Virus record (IMG/VR): IMGVR_UViG_3300042445_000578
Location: 1 to 57,503 of that record
Source of the DNA: a virus
Lineage: Duplodnaviria > Caudoviricetes
DNA: 57,503 nt
Strand: one strand, 5' to 3'
The translations under genes and the position numbers were made by a program. The notes under the pieces were generated by a model, which made no database searches, was not told the origin of the DNA, and saw only the letters and a list, made by a program, of their open reading frames with translations. Below are positions 27,366 to 37,437 of the stretch, piece by piece (the first letter of the stretch is position 1; the number at the start of each line of letters is the position of its first letter).

Positions 27366-28277
27366 TTAAGCTGAACCTTGTGAACCGAACATACCCAATG
27401 GATCTGAGAAACCGAATGAATAACGCTCACGAGCCTTGTAACGTACGTTACCAGTATCGAAGTCGCCGTCCATGCCAGTTGACATTGGTGTACGTACGAA
27501 GTGCTTCATGCCGTTAGGTACATCAGTACACAAGAACCATGCGTTGTTATCTGTCAAGTAGTTGTTTACTGTATAACCACCTGGGATAGAACCGTTGTTC
27601 TTAATTGCGTTGATGTCGTTATCGGCTGTGCCAACACGCAATTCAGTTTCAAGCAAACGAGTTGCAACGAACTGTAATGATGGTGGAACAATTAGCTTAG
27701 TAGGTTTAGCAGCGATCAAAAGACCACGCTCGTCTGTCCAAGCAGCGATTTGAATAACAGCATTTTCCAATGATGTTTCGTTCAAGTCAGCTTGAGTAGC
27801 TGGCGTGTTGCTGTTTACACCACCTGAAACTAGCGGATGTGCTGTAGAGAACAATGCTTGACCATCACCACCAGCAAAGGCGCTGTTAAAGCCGTTGTTC
27901 AATACGTTAGCAGCTTTTACTTGCTTTGTGTAAGCCATAGCACGAGCTAGAGCCTTTGTATAACGACCTGATAGGCTGTCATACAAGTTATCTTCAATAG
28001 CTTCTTCAGTTAAGCTGAAGCCAAGAGCGATAGTCTCGTGTGTATAGCGAGCTGTAAAAGCTTCCTGTGCGTTGTCATATGCCAATGCAGAACCTTCGTT
28101 CTTTACTGGTGCGGCTGAGAAGCCTGACAACTTAGTTTCTTCTTCGAACGAACGCTCAGAAGTCTCTGTATCGTAGATTTCTTTGTGTTGTTCACCGTAT
28201 GTTGCGTACTCAAGTCCGAACAATGCGTTCAATCCTGGTAGTAACTCTTTTAAGAGTTGTGCGCGTGAAATAGCCAT
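27366..28277 (-). CDS. Major capsid protein
   Basis: MAISRAQLLKELLPGLNALFG, TEEAIEDNLY, GDGQALFSTAHP, RYKARERYSFG; follows portal and scaffold. Confidence 0.85.
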   Translation of the reverse strand: MAISRAQLLKELLPGLNALFGLEYATYGEQHKEIYDTETSERSFEEETKLSGFSAAPVKNEGSALAYDNAQEAFTARYTHETIALGFSLTEEAIEDNLYDSLSGRYTKALARAMAYTKQVKAANVLNNGFNSAFAGGDGQALFSTAHPLVSGGVNSNTPATQADLNETSLENAVIQIAAWTDERGLLIAAKPTKLIVPPSLQFVATRLLETELRVGTADNDINAIKNNGSIPGGYTVNNYLTDNNAWFLCTDVPNGMKHFVRTPMSTGMDGDFDTGNVRYKARERYSFGFSDPLGMFGSQGSA

Positions 28278-28288
28278 TATCTAGCTCC

Positions 28289-28915
28289 TTATGCGAAGTC
28301 AACGCCGCCAGCAGCGGATGTCAACTGAGGGTTAGTCAAAACAACAATAACTTCGCAGAAGTTTGTTGCGTTAATAGCTGTTTCTGGAACAACTGCAATT
28401 ACCTTAACAGGCAATGTAGTAGCGTTACCAGCACCAACTGATGGTGCCACAACACCGTTACCAGAGTTACCAGTAGTTGTTGAGCCAGCTTCCTGGTCTA
28501 CAACTAAGTTAACGCCGATAGCTTTAGTAGTTGTTGAAGACATCACGCCTGAACCGTTAGTTACAGCTACTTTGTAAGCAGCGTTTTCATCAACTACCAC
28601 ATAAGCGATAGCAGAAGAAGCAGCAGCGTTACCTGGGTAATACTGTGACTGAACTGTCTGACCTTGGGTGTTTACATACTGGCAGCCTACAAATACACCA
28701 GCTGTCATGTTTGCTTGGTTAGCAACTGTTAGAGCTGAAGTAGTTGTTACTGTTGATTTAACTGCGCCGTCATTGATTAGAACTAAGTCACCGTTAAAAA
28801 TGGTAGTTGTTACTGATTTGATACCGTATTGGGTAGTCGCACCAGCGTATGGCATGCCATCTTGACGATTAACAGGTCTAAAACCGTATGGAGCGCTTAC
28901 TGTTGGATAAGCCAT
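28289..28915 (-). CDS. Capsid-associated (cement/decoration) protein
   Basis: APYGFRP, IFNGDLV, GVFVGCQY; immediately upstream of the capsid gene. Confidence 0.55.
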   Translation of the reverse strand: MAYPTVSAPYGFRPVNRQDGMPYAGATTQYGIKSVTTTIFNGDLVLINDGAVKSTVTTTSALTVANQANMTAGVFVGCQYVNTQGQTVQSQYYPGNAAASSAIAYVVVDENAAYKVAVTNGSGVMSSTTTKAIGVNLVVDQEAGSTTTGNSGNGVVAPSVGAGNATTLPVKVIAVVPETAINATNFCEVIVVLTNPQLTSAAGGVDFA

Positions 28916-28940
28916 TTAAATACTCCTAATTAATAAAAAG

Positions 28941-29396
28941 TTAACTATTACCTTTACCAAAACTTACCGAAGATTTACGCTCAGTAAAGAGGGGCATCCT
29001 TGGGTCATTCTGGCGCATAAAGCTATTGTCTACAGCTCTCGTTTGAGAATCAGTTAAATTTTGGTAATGTGCATTACGCTGATCAACCAATTCTGTAGGA
29101 GTTTTGCATAACAACAACCCACCGATCTCAATGTTGTCTTTAAAACGACTATTGGGATCCATTAACAGTCCAAACTTCGGTTGCTCTTCGATTCTTACTG
29201 GCTCCCAACCTTCTCTTATTTTGGAAGATAAGTTGCGTGGGTCAGCTTGACCGTTAGTAGCTACACGAATCCATCTGTAAGAAAAGCCAGCCTGTTTATC
29301 TGGTTCAGGTAACAACTCAGGCGCCTGCCACTGTTTAGGACGTTCTGCTTGAGTTCTTGTTGCCACTTCTCTTGGTGTTCTTGAATTTTCAGCCAT
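28941..29396 (-). CDS. Conserved head-module protein
   Basis: YRWIR, REGWEPV, IGGLLLCK. Confidence 0.55.
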   Translation of the reverse strand: MAENSRTPREVATRTQAERPKQWQAPELLPEPDKQAGFSYRWIRVATNGQADPRNLSSKIREGWEPVRIEEQPKFGLLMDPNSRFKDNIEIGGLLLCKTPTELVDQRNAHYQNLTDSQTRAVDNSFMRQNDPRMPLFTERKSSVSFGKGNS

Positions 29397-30363
29397 TTTG
29401 GGACTCCAATTTAGTTAGTTCACGAGCATACTGCTCTGGGGTAAGTTTGAATTTCTTAGCCAAATTAAGTTGTCTTTGAGTCAAAGTAATCTTTTTTGGG
29501 GATGTACTTCTGGTCGCTGGAGCAACAACAGTGCTTGGTTTACTAACCTTAGCAGTGTTTTTGGACACTGGGTTTTCAGAGGTTTTGGACTCTGATTGGT
29601 CCTCAAATCTCTCTGGGAACCGTCTACGCATTTCTGCGTCAATTGTAGCAAAGTAGTTTTCTGAGCCTACTGGCACACCTTCTACTTGCAATCTTCTATG
29701 AACACCCATTGCTAGGTAGCTCATATCTTGATCAACACCGTACCAGCTGTTTTTGTCCAGCCATGCTTGGGTTTTTGGATCCAAACGTTGCGGTTGTTGA
29801 CTTTGTACATCAACTTCTTCTTCTTGTAAAGAGGTTTCGTACTGATTTTTGTCACTTTCTACTTTAGCGGCCTTGAACTTAACTTCCGTTAAACGTTCTT
29901 GTGCATCAGCCAAGCGGTCAGAGTCGCCAGAATCATAGGCGTCTTTGAATTCTTTTTTAGCATCAGCCAGCTCTCGCTCAATCTTTTCTTGGCTATTGGA
30001 GATTAATGTTTTCTCTCCTTCAGACAAGCGACCTTTGAGCTTTTTGTTCTCTTCCACAAGTAACTGTGCTACTCGAATAGCCTCTGCCTGATCAGCAGTT
30101 GCGGCTTCTTTAGCACGGCGTTCATCGTTCCAAACCTTTTTGAGTTGCTTTAAGCGCATCTTAGCTTTTTCGGAATACTCCTCAAGCTCGTCTTGCTCAA
30201 GCTCATCAACGATGTCTTTTGGCATAGGTGCTGCATTAGCACGGTCAGCCTCTGGCGTATCGTCAACAATCTCTATTTCTACCTCATCTTCAGAGACTAT
30301 TTGAACCTTTTTTTCAGCTTCAATCTCGTCTGGAAACTTAAATTCTTCCATATATTCAGACAT
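29389..30363 (-). CDS. Putative scaffolding protein
   Basis: Acidic coiled coil; C-terminal LT..Q..LAKK..LTPEQYA; between portal and capsid. Confidence 0.6.
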   Translation of the reverse strand: MSEYMEEFKFPDEIEAEKKVQIVSEDEVEIEIVDDTPEADRANAAPMPKDIVDELEQDELEEYSEKAKMRLKQLKKVWNDERRAKEAATADQAEAIRVAQLLVEENKKLKGRLSEGEKTLISNSQEKIERELADAKKEFKDAYDSGDSDRLADAQERLTEVKFKAAKVESDKNQYETSLQEEEVDVQSQQPQRLDPKTQAWLDKNSWYGVDQDMSYLAMGVHRRLQVEGVPVGSENYFATIDAEMRRRFPERFEDQSESKTSENPVSKNTAKVSKPSTVVAPATRSTSPKKITLTQRQLNLAKKFKLTPEQYARELTKLESQNG

Positions 30364-30372
30364 GTTTACTCC

Positions 30373-30783
30373 TTACACTCGTGTGATGCCGCGTGGGTCT
30401 TCTACAATACCCTCTACGGAATCATCATTGATTAATCGGAACTCGCGTCCGTGAATCTTTAAACGTGTACCAGAGTTTGGTCTGGCCAGAATAAAATCAC
30501 CGACTTTGCACCACGGGCCATTAGGAAAACGTGCTTTATCCGTGTAGCAGTCTGGTCCGAGCTTCACAACAAAGAACACTGTAGAAAGAATTTCTTCAAA
30601 GTGCATTGTTGAGTCTGCCTTCAATAAGCCACTTTCATATTCCTTTTCTTGATCAGGAATAGCGCACAGGATGCGGTAGCCAACAGGTTCAGGGAGTTGC
30701 TTTGCTTTTTCTTCTGCTGTTTGAGGCAGGGTTGTTACTGCATTTACATCATCGGGGTTTGAGCCGATAAGGATTTCACTCAT
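30373..30783 (-). CDS. GroES/Cpn10-like co-chaperonin
   Basis: P.GYRIL, SGLL, VVKLGPD, KVGD.I, G.EFRLINDD.V. Confidence 0.7.
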   Translation of the reverse strand: MSEILIGSNPDDVNAVTTLPQTAEEKAKQLPEPVGYRILCAIPDQEKEYESGLLKADSTMHFEEILSTVFFVVKLGPDCYTDKARFPNGPWCKVGDFILARPNSGTRLKIHGREFRLINDDSVEGIVEDPRGITRV

Positions 30784-30970
30784 CCGAGTTCTCCATTCTT
30801 TGTTTGAGGTCTATGATGGTTAAACATGCAGCTTCAAGACCTCGTAACTGGCCACATGTGTACTTATACTCCTCGTAAGACTGACAGTTCCCAGCAGCTA
30901 ATGCGTTTTTGAGCATTTCAATGCGTTCTCTGTTGTGGTCTAAGAGGTAGTCAAGATTTGAGTCAATCAT
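30776..30970 (-). CDS. Hypothetical protein
   Basis: 64 aa, YEEYK..CG..RGL; coupled to portal. Confidence 0.55.
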   Translation of the reverse strand: MIDSNLDYLLDHNRERIEMLKNALAAGNCQSYEEYKYTCGQLRGLEAACLTIIDLKQRMENSDE

Positions 30971-33411
30971 TCTTTACCCTTTTTGACAGGTTGTTTTTGA
31001 CCTTGTGCTAATTCCTTGCCAATCTTGAATCCCTCAATTTGTTTTTTAAACTCAAGTTCTTCACGATCAACAGCGGTTTTAGCGCCAATTTGCATACCAG
31101 CAATACGTTCTTGCGATTCAATGCGCTCTTTCTCAACCTTGATCTGGTCAGCTTTGGCTGCTGCATCAAGGACGTCTTTCTGCTTCTTACGCAATAACTC
31201 TTGCTCTTCAAGCTGTTGTTCTTTGATTTGCATCTGAATAACAGGATCTTGAGCTGCTTGCTGGGCTTGCTGTGCTGCCACCTCAGTCTTGTTGCGGTTG
31301 AGCAACATGTCAGAGGCTTGAGCTGCCATTTGAGAAATACGGACTTCAAGATCTTTTGGAATCTCGTTTTCGTCTTCTGCATCTGGCAATGGAACGCCAA
31401 TAAGTTGTTCCATTTGTTTCTTATATTCAAAGCCTAAGTGTTCGTTAATGTGCGCCATGGCTGCTGCTTGGATAGCCTGCGCATTTGGGTTTTGACCAAT
31501 TAACTGACCAATCTTAGGATCTTGAATTGCGTTCATATGAACTTGGATATGAGCCTGATGATCTTGGTAGTAGAACGCCTTGACTGGCTTCATATTGATG
31601 ATGTTCATATTCTCTGTAATTGGGTCTTCTGGCTTCTTGTCTTCTTCTAGCTTGACAAGCTTCTCAGCGTTTTTAATACCCAATACTTCTAACATTTGAC
31701 GGTGCAACTTAGCTAAGTTGTATAGCTGTGGCGCTTGCTGGGCTAACTGTAGAACCGCCTGATACTGGACAACCTTCTGTGACATTGTTGCAGCATTAGG
31801 ATCTGACACAGGGATAACGTCCACATTGTCGTAATCAGACTGCTTGGCAAGACGGCTACCTTCTGATGGTTGATAGCTGTATTCTTCTGGCGTGTAGTCA
31901 CGGATGATTCCTTTTAATAGCTTTAACTCTTGTTTCATTGAGTAATGAACACGGGCTTGAACCGCTGACATTACCTTCAAGGTACGCTCTAGGATGGCTA
32001 ATGTTGTACCAACTGGTGAGTTGGCTGACATATCGCTGATCTTCAGGTCGGCTGCGGATGCAAAGCGGCGTCCTTCATCCACAATGGTATTCATCAAGCT
32101 ATAAAGAACTTGGCTTGGCTCTTTGTATGGAAGAGGCAATAAGTTATCTTTTAATGTGCCAGATGGAACGTCTACATCTCGGAATTCGCCTGGGGCAATT
32201 GGTGTATCGTCACCTTTAACACGCATACCACGGGTTTTAAAGCCGCCTGGTAGGTTACTTAGTGTGCCAGCATCAACCAATTGACGGATGATAGATGTGC
32301 CTGACTTAGCAAATGCGCCAATAAGATGGATAAGACCAAAACAGTAGAAACCAAAGCCAGGTACATAGCCGTAATGTACAAAATGTTGGCGTTTTTGCTT
32401 GGTTGAGTCATCTGGGTTCCAGTTTCTGCGAATGGCTAGTACGTTTTGCGTACCTTTTTCAATGGTCACTACGTATGGAAGAGCAATGCCTGTTGGCTCG
32501 CCGTCTTCATCTACATCTTCGTAGCCTGGTAAGTCCAAGTCTACGTGCATTTCTAATAACTTAAAGCGATCATCCGTTGTGGCACGGAATCCCATTTTTC
32601 TTGCAATTTCTTTCTCCACTTCATCCATTGTCATGACTGGATCGCCCAGTTCTATGTCACGGTAGAAACCAGCCACTTGTAAACGGCGCAATTCATTGCC
32701 AGTTTTACGCATTACATGCGTTACACGCTCGGCTGTTTCTAGACTCGATGCTCCGTAAGGAACAATGATGTCTTCAGCAGGTACATAAATTGAGACCTGG
32801 CGCTCAATATGTGGATCGTAATAGACTTTCTTAAATGCGTTACCTGATAAACCAAGTCCCCAGACCATGCGCTCGTGTTCTGGGCGGTATTCTGGCATCA
32901 CATCTGTGATTTGGTAGTTCATGTCGGCTTGAACTCGTTTGGCAGCATCCATTTTTTCTGGAGTTTCTTTGCCAATAATCACTGTTTTTACTGGGCCACT
33001 GGCTGGAAGCGTTTCCATCACAGTTTCCGCTTGGAATTTAACTAAAGCTTCTGACAATAGTGGGTGATAAACGCCACAAGCGCCTTCCCATGGCTCAGTT
33101 CTTTCTTCAATCTTCATACCTAGCAGCTCTAAACCGTCAACATAGGTCTGAATCCAGTCTTTTCTGGCACTGATGTCTGAGTCAACATCCCCAATTAAGT
33201 CATTGGCTAGGCTTGATAGGGTATTTTCATCAATCTCTTCAGCTAAGTTCTTGCTGAATTCATCTTCTTCTTCGCGGATCTCAATCTCTAAACCGTCAAT
33301 AGCAATATTCACTGCCTCTGGGTCTTCAATTTCAATCTCAATGGCTGGTTCAGCATCGTTGATAGCCTCTAAACCCTGAGGGAGTTCGTATAAACTTTTT
33401 TCTATTGACAT
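30967..33411 (-). CDS. Portal protein
   Basis: 814 aa following the terminase; PWEGACGV.HP, GNAFKKVYYD, RQLVDAGTLSNLP. Confidence 0.8.
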   Translation of the reverse strand: MSIEKSLYELPQGLEAINDAEPAIEIEIEDPEAVNIAIDGLEIEIREEEDEFSKNLAEEIDENTLSSLANDLIGDVDSDISARKDWIQTYVDGLELLGMKIEERTEPWEGACGVYHPLLSEALVKFQAETVMETLPASGPVKTVIIGKETPEKMDAAKRVQADMNYQITDVMPEYRPEHERMVWGLGLSGNAFKKVYYDPHIERQVSIYVPAEDIIVPYGASSLETAERVTHVMRKTGNELRRLQVAGFYRDIELGDPVMTMDEVEKEIARKMGFRATTDDRFKLLEMHVDLDLPGYEDVDEDGEPTGIALPYVVTIEKGTQNVLAIRRNWNPDDSTKQKRQHFVHYGYVPGFGFYCFGLIHLIGAFAKSGTSIIRQLVDAGTLSNLPGGFKTRGMRVKGDDTPIAPGEFRDVDVPSGTLKDNLLPLPYKEPSQVLYSLMNTIVDEGRRFASAADLKISDMSANSPVGTTLAILERTLKVMSAVQARVHYSMKQELKLLKGIIRDYTPEEYSYQPSEGSRLAKQSDYDNVDVIPVSDPNAATMSQKVVQYQAVLQLAQQAPQLYNLAKLHRQMLEVLGIKNAEKLVKLEEDKKPEDPITENMNIINMKPVKAFYYQDHQAHIQVHMNAIQDPKIGQLIGQNPNAQAIQAAAMAHINEHLGFEYKKQMEQLIGVPLPDAEDENEIPKDLEVRISQMAAQASDMLLNRNKTEVAAQQAQQAAQDPVIQMQIKEQQLEEQELLRKKQKDVLDAAAKADQIKVEKERIESQERIAGMQIGAKTAVDREELEFKKQIEGFKIGKELAQGQKQPVKKGKE

Positions 33412-33419
33412 ATCTATCC

Positions 33420-34910
33420 TTAGTAATATGCTACTTTGCGTCTAAAGTAAACAGGATCGTCTACTTCATCCGTTTGTAATCTTAAAAAGCCGCCTTTTCT
33501 AAAGCGTATCAGGGCTTGAGTCGCAGAGTCAACCAAGTCATCGTGATCCGAATTAGGAAATGCAGCCATCTCTTCCATCACCTCTTCTGCCCATCGCGTA
33601 CGAGGACACCATATCTTGCCAGAAGCAAACAAGTCTGATACGGAGTTTACTCTCGAAATCTTATCATTACCACGGGTTGGTGTAAATTCTTGTACAGGAA
33701 TACCCATCCTTCTTAATTCAAAAACTAGCGGCGCACCAGAGGCTTTTGCCTCAACAATGAACGCATCGGGTTCCCATTCACGGTACATTTGCAAAGCTCG
33801 TTCTTTTAATTCAGGAAACTCTAGCCGTTCTTTATAAGCATCCAAAAGGATCACGTTCACATCGTCTGGATTCTCATCTTTATAAAAGACTCCCCATGTC
33901 GTGCAAGCAGAATAGTCTGACCGTTCATTCTTAGTAAACGCTGTGTCCCATGACTGGATAATAAATTCGCATGGTGGGGGCGTCTCATGTTCCCATTCCT
34001 TCCACCACTCGCGTTTAACAATCGCACCCGCTTCAGATGTCGGTTGCTGCTGGTACTGCGCAGACCATTTTGAAACGGGAAGTTCGTTACGTAATTTAAC
34101 CAACTCTTCATACGACCAAAACTCTGGCCATAAAGGTTTCTCGCTCGGTAAAATGGCTGGTAAATCAATTTGCTCCCATTCATCTCCATCCCTTTCAATC
34201 GCGCTTTGTAAAATCCTGCCCGTTAAATCTCGTTTACCCCAACGAGTCATAACGATCACAATTGCACCGCCTGGTTGCAAACGTTGGCGTGGACCAGATG
34301 AATACCATTCATAAACCTTGTCGTACACCTCAGGGTTACTAGCTGCTAAGGCTGCCTCTTGCTCCGAGTGCGGATCGTCAATAACCAATAAATCAGCACC
34401 TTTACCTGTAACAGTACCGCCAACACCAATAGCAAAATACTCACCGTTCCCGCTAGTAGACCAACGACCAGCAGCTTTACTATCAGACCTAAGATTGACA
34501 TTTGGAAACACCTTTGAATAAACATCACCATCCACCAAGTTACGTACCTTACGACCAAAGCCAACCGCTAGTTCGGCTGTGTTAGAACACTGAATGATCT
34601 TCTTATTAGGGAATCTACCTAGGAACCAAGCTGGCAATAAATACGAGGCAAACTCTGACTTTGTGTGTCGCGGAGGCATATTAATGATCAGCCGCTTAAT
34701 CTTCCCAGCTGCTATGTCCTCAAACTTCTTAGCCATCAAAGCGTGATGCCTGCCATGAATGAACCCAGGCCACATGACCTTAACAAAGTCCATAAAACTG
34801 ACTTGCGCTTTTTCCCTGGTCACAGCATCTGAATACGCCTGTGCCATTGCAAGTAAAGACTCACGCTCGCCCTCAGGCAGCTTATCTATGAGTTCTTCTA
34901 ATTTACTCAA
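33420..34910 (-). CDS. terL: Terminase large subunit
   Basis: INMPPRHTKS Walker A, LLVIDDP Walker B, QSWDTAF and HDDLVDS nuclease motifs. Confidence 0.92.
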   Translation of the reverse strand: MSKLEELIDKLPEGERESLLAMAQAYSDAVTREKAQVSFMDFVKVMWPGFIHGRHHALMAKKFEDIAAGKIKRLIINMPPRHTKSEFASYLLPAWFLGRFPNKKIIQCSNTAELAVGFGRKVRNLVDGDVYSKVFPNVNLRSDSKAAGRWSTSGNGEYFAIGVGGTVTGKGADLLVIDDPHSEQEAALAASNPEVYDKVYEWYSSGPRQRLQPGGAIVIVMTRWGKRDLTGRILQSAIERDGDEWEQIDLPAILPSEKPLWPEFWSYEELVKLRNELPVSKWSAQYQQQPTSEAGAIVKREWWKEWEHETPPPCEFIIQSWDTAFTKNERSDYSACTTWGVFYKDENPDDVNVILLDAYKERLEFPELKERALQMYREWEPDAFIVEAKASGAPLVFELRRMGIPVQEFTPTRGNDKISRVNSVSDLFASGKIWCPRTRWAEEVMEEMAAFPNSDHDDLVDSATQALIRFRKGGFLRLQTDEVDDPVYFRRKVAYY

Positions 34911-35127
34911 TTGTTCTCACCCTTAAACCCGCAGGCCGAATCGATCGCGCTCTTCTAGGCACTCCCTTACATACTCCAATCTCAACGAGTAATTTCATTT
35001 TTCTAGCCACATTGCTACGACTCTTCTCGCCCGTTACCCGCATAACGTCATCAATGCTAGGACCAAACCCAAAGGTCTTCCACCACTCATCTATCACAAT
35101 AAAGATCTCTTTCTGGGCGGGTGTCAT
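34903..35127 (-). CDS. LexA-type winged-HTH DNA-binding protein (no peptidase domain)
   Basis: MTPAQKEIF..I......G.GPSIDDV......S.S.V......L...G....P.RARSI. Confidence 0.65.
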   Translation of the reverse strand: MTPAQKEIFIVIDEWWKTFGFGPSIDDVMRVTGEKSRSNVARKMKLLVEIGVCKGVPRRARSIRPAGLRVRTIE

Positions 35128-35388
35128 CTATTTGCCTCGTACCACTTAATCTTGTCCTCAAATGTCAACTTATCAAACTTAATAAAAACATTCCTTATAA
35201 ACCTTTGCCATTGCTTCCTAGCTAACTCTGCCTCAGGTGTGTGCTTACTCACTCTGGATACCTCTTCGTCATGATCATCACCGCCTCATCGCGCAATAAC
35301 ATTGTTAATAACTTCTGCTTCTCTTCTTCCGTCATCGACTGGATCGCCAACAACATTTCTTCATATGTCCAAATTTTCATATACCCCC

Positions 35389-36288
35389 CTATGCCTTTTC
35401 TACCCAAAAAGTGACGGGGGGTGTTTCTGTAGCGCTATTACCCTCGTCCTGGGAAATTTTTATACCCCCCTCCCCCACTCTAACAGATGTTAGAGTTGCA
35501 GGGTCTTGATTTTGAAGGGAAATTTCTAAAGTTGGTGATTGAGTGAGTGGATTACTATGCAATGAGGCCACTGTGCAATCGTCAAATTTTGGGGGTGATA
35601 CCCCTGTCGGTGCGGAGAAATCGCCATCGGAAACCCCTACGCCACCCACATCAATCGCATCTACATCCATAACACCATCATCTGATACATTAACTGGGCT
35701 TGCATCATCATTAACCTGTGCTTCGCCAGTCAACTCTGCCAGTAATGACTCCGCAGAATACTCAGCAATCTTTTTATCCCCACTAGAATTCATAGCCAGT
35801 GATAACGATTTGATTAGCTTCTCTCGCATGGCTTCGCTACTGTCTGTCTTGATATGCTCTACTCGATTGGTGAAGAGTGATACCTCTGTTATCTTGCCAA
35901 GCAACTCCAGTGCCTTCAACTGTTGTGCGTGTGGGACATCATCATCCAATGTCTTTTGAGTTAACTTATGGATTATGTGCATCCTCAAGTGAGCAGGCGT
36001 TTGATATTTATTCGCTTCCATTGCCACCTTGAAGGCATCTACTTGGGTTTGTATTGCGTCATTCTTTAATAGCTTCTGCCCATTGCGTGATTGTGTGTGT
36101 GGTTTGCCTGTTGAGTTATGACTATTCCTGTATGCCTGAGCCTTGCTCTCGCCCTTGGCTATCTCCTCTGCGAACTTCATCTGCTTTGGGGTTAGCTTGG
36201 TTGTCTTACTGCTTGCACCCAGTAGCAGAGTATTCATAGGCATTGCCTTGAGTCCTTCAGCTATTTGTTTGCGTGTTAGTTTGGTCAT
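35389..36288 (-). CDS. Terminase small subunit-like protein
   Basis: LTPKQMKFAEEI..G....QAY HTH, LKALELLGK; upstream of terL. Confidence 0.65.
   Translation of the reverse strand: MTKLTRKQIAEGLKAMPMNTLLLGASSKTTKLTPKQMKFAEEIAKGESKAQAYRNSHNSTGKPHTQSRNGQKLLKNDAIQTQVDAFKVAMEANKYQTPAHLRMHIIHKLTQKTLDDDVPHAQQLKALELLGKITEVSLFTNRVEHIKTDSSEAMREKLIKSLSLAMNSSGDKKIAEYSAESLLAELTGEAQVNDDASPVNVSDDGVMDVDAIDVGGVGVSDGDFSAPTGVSPPKFDDCTVASLHSNPLTQSPTLEISLQNQDPATLTSVRVGEGGIKISQDEGNSATETPPVTFWVEKA
35477..35496. repeat. Palindrome ACTCTAAC-agat-GTTAGAGT (copy 2 of 4)
   Basis: Perfect inverted repeat. Confidence 0.85.
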
Positions 36289-36422
36289 AGGTATTTAATG
36301 AGGATTTAGTAGTAGTGATAATAGGACAAGACGATAGCTATGTGCAACTGGTGTCTGTCTATTGGATATCTTTGGTATCTCTCTCTGTATGAGTTTGACT
36401 CACTGGACTGTATCGCTTCGCT

Positions 36423-36442
36423 ACTCTAACAAGCGTTAGAGT
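36423..36442. repeat. Palindrome ACTCTAAC-aagc-GTTAGAGT (copy 3 of 4)
   Basis: Perfect inverted repeat in the divergent intergenic region. Confidence 0.85.
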
Positions 36443-36576
36443 GCAATTTAGGCGTGTTTTAGAGCCATGCTTTCCCTTTTTATGCCCAGTTATCCGCAAG
36501 CAAGCCCTTCCTGAGCTGTATCAAATGCCTTGGAAGCCTTTGTTTATATAGAGTGAAAATATTTGTTTAAAAGGTG

Positions 36577-36606
36577 TTGACAAGTCAATACAGATTTATT
36601 GACAAT
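36577..36606 (+). promoter_or_regulatory. Putative early sigma70 promoter
   Basis: TTGACA (36577)-N18-GACAAT with AT-rich upstream sequence; a second TTGACA at 36599. Confidence 0.5.
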
Positions 36607-36648
36607 GAAGTCTGTTGTATCGGTTTAATTAAATAAAAGGGGAATTAA

Positions 36649-36867
36649 ATGAAAGACGAACAAGTGTTAATACAAGCAGTGCGTGTCGTAGCTAATGATA
36701 GATACGATAAGGGTTGGTCTGTGATTGTTGAGTCTTGGACTGATGGCGATATTCTTGAAGTGTTATCAGAGTGCCAGTTTGATTTGTTTAAGACTGTTGA
36801 AGAGCTACAGTCCTATGTTGATGCTTACCTAGACAAGCAAGACGATATTGAATCAACTGCGTTTTAA
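36649..36867 (+). CDS. Small acidic early protein
   Basis: AAGGGG RBS; 72 aa. Confidence 0.7.
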   Translation: MKDEQVLIQAVRVVANDRYDKGWSVIVESWTDGDILEVLSECQFDLFKTVEELQSYVDAYLDKQDDIESTAF

Positions 36868-36884
36868 CCAAAGGGGAAATACAT

Positions 36885-37148
36885 ATGAAAGACTTAGAGA
36901 AAACAATACGAGTAGCTGATAGATTCATGGCAATCACAACTCAAGACTTACCACAAGACCTAGCAGTAGATATCGCTATTCGTTTAGCCTACTGCCACAT
37001 GGATACACCATTGGACTTGGATGCCATGTTAGATACTGATGACCTATTCTCATTCAAGCATGATGTTGTTGGTATCTATAACCATTGGGATAACGATAGC
37101 AAGAAGCTGACTGGATGCTTCATGCCACGATTCGCCCAGTCAATCTGA
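36885..37148 (+). CDS. Early protein (DUF6874-like)
   Basis: PLDLDAML..DD.F.F.HDV.GI..H.D....L..CF.PRFA. Confidence 0.6.
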   Translation: MKDLEKTIRVADRFMAITTQDLPQDLAVDIAIRLAYCHMDTPLDLDAMLDTDDLFSFKHDVVGIYNHWDNDSKKLTGCFMPRFAQSI

Positions 37149-37191
37149 TGATGGCTTGAGTAGCCGAAACAGTCGTAAGACTGTCATTGAC
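37139..37191 (+). ncRNA. Type I hammerhead ribozyme 1
   Basis: GTCAAT-CTGATGA-T-GGCT(TGAGT)AGCC-GAAA-CAGTC(GTAA)GACTG-TC^ATTGAC; all three stems pair; predicted cleavage after C37185 (GUC). Confidence 0.88.
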
Positions 37192-37212
37192 ATAACAAAG
37201 GGGAAAATTATT

Positions 37213-37437
37213 ATGACAAGCAATTATCACAATGCCAGTATGGTTGATGTAGCGACTGCTATCGTTGACCGATTGATTGACAACTACGAAGGCAAAGGCG
37301 AATTCATCACTGAATTCTATGAGCTATCTGAACTGATTGGCAAAGCTATTGCCAACTCTAACCACTTCAATCGCATTGAAGAAATCGCCATGGAAAATGG
37401 TGTTGTTGAATCTGACTACTTTGAAGGGGAAGAATAA
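37213..37437 (+). CDS. Small acidic early protein
   Basis: AAGGGG RBS before ATG 37213. Confidence 0.65.
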   Translation: MTSNYHNASMVDVATAIVDRLIDNYEGKGEFITEFYELSELIGKAIANSNHFNRIEEIAMENGVVESDYFEGEE

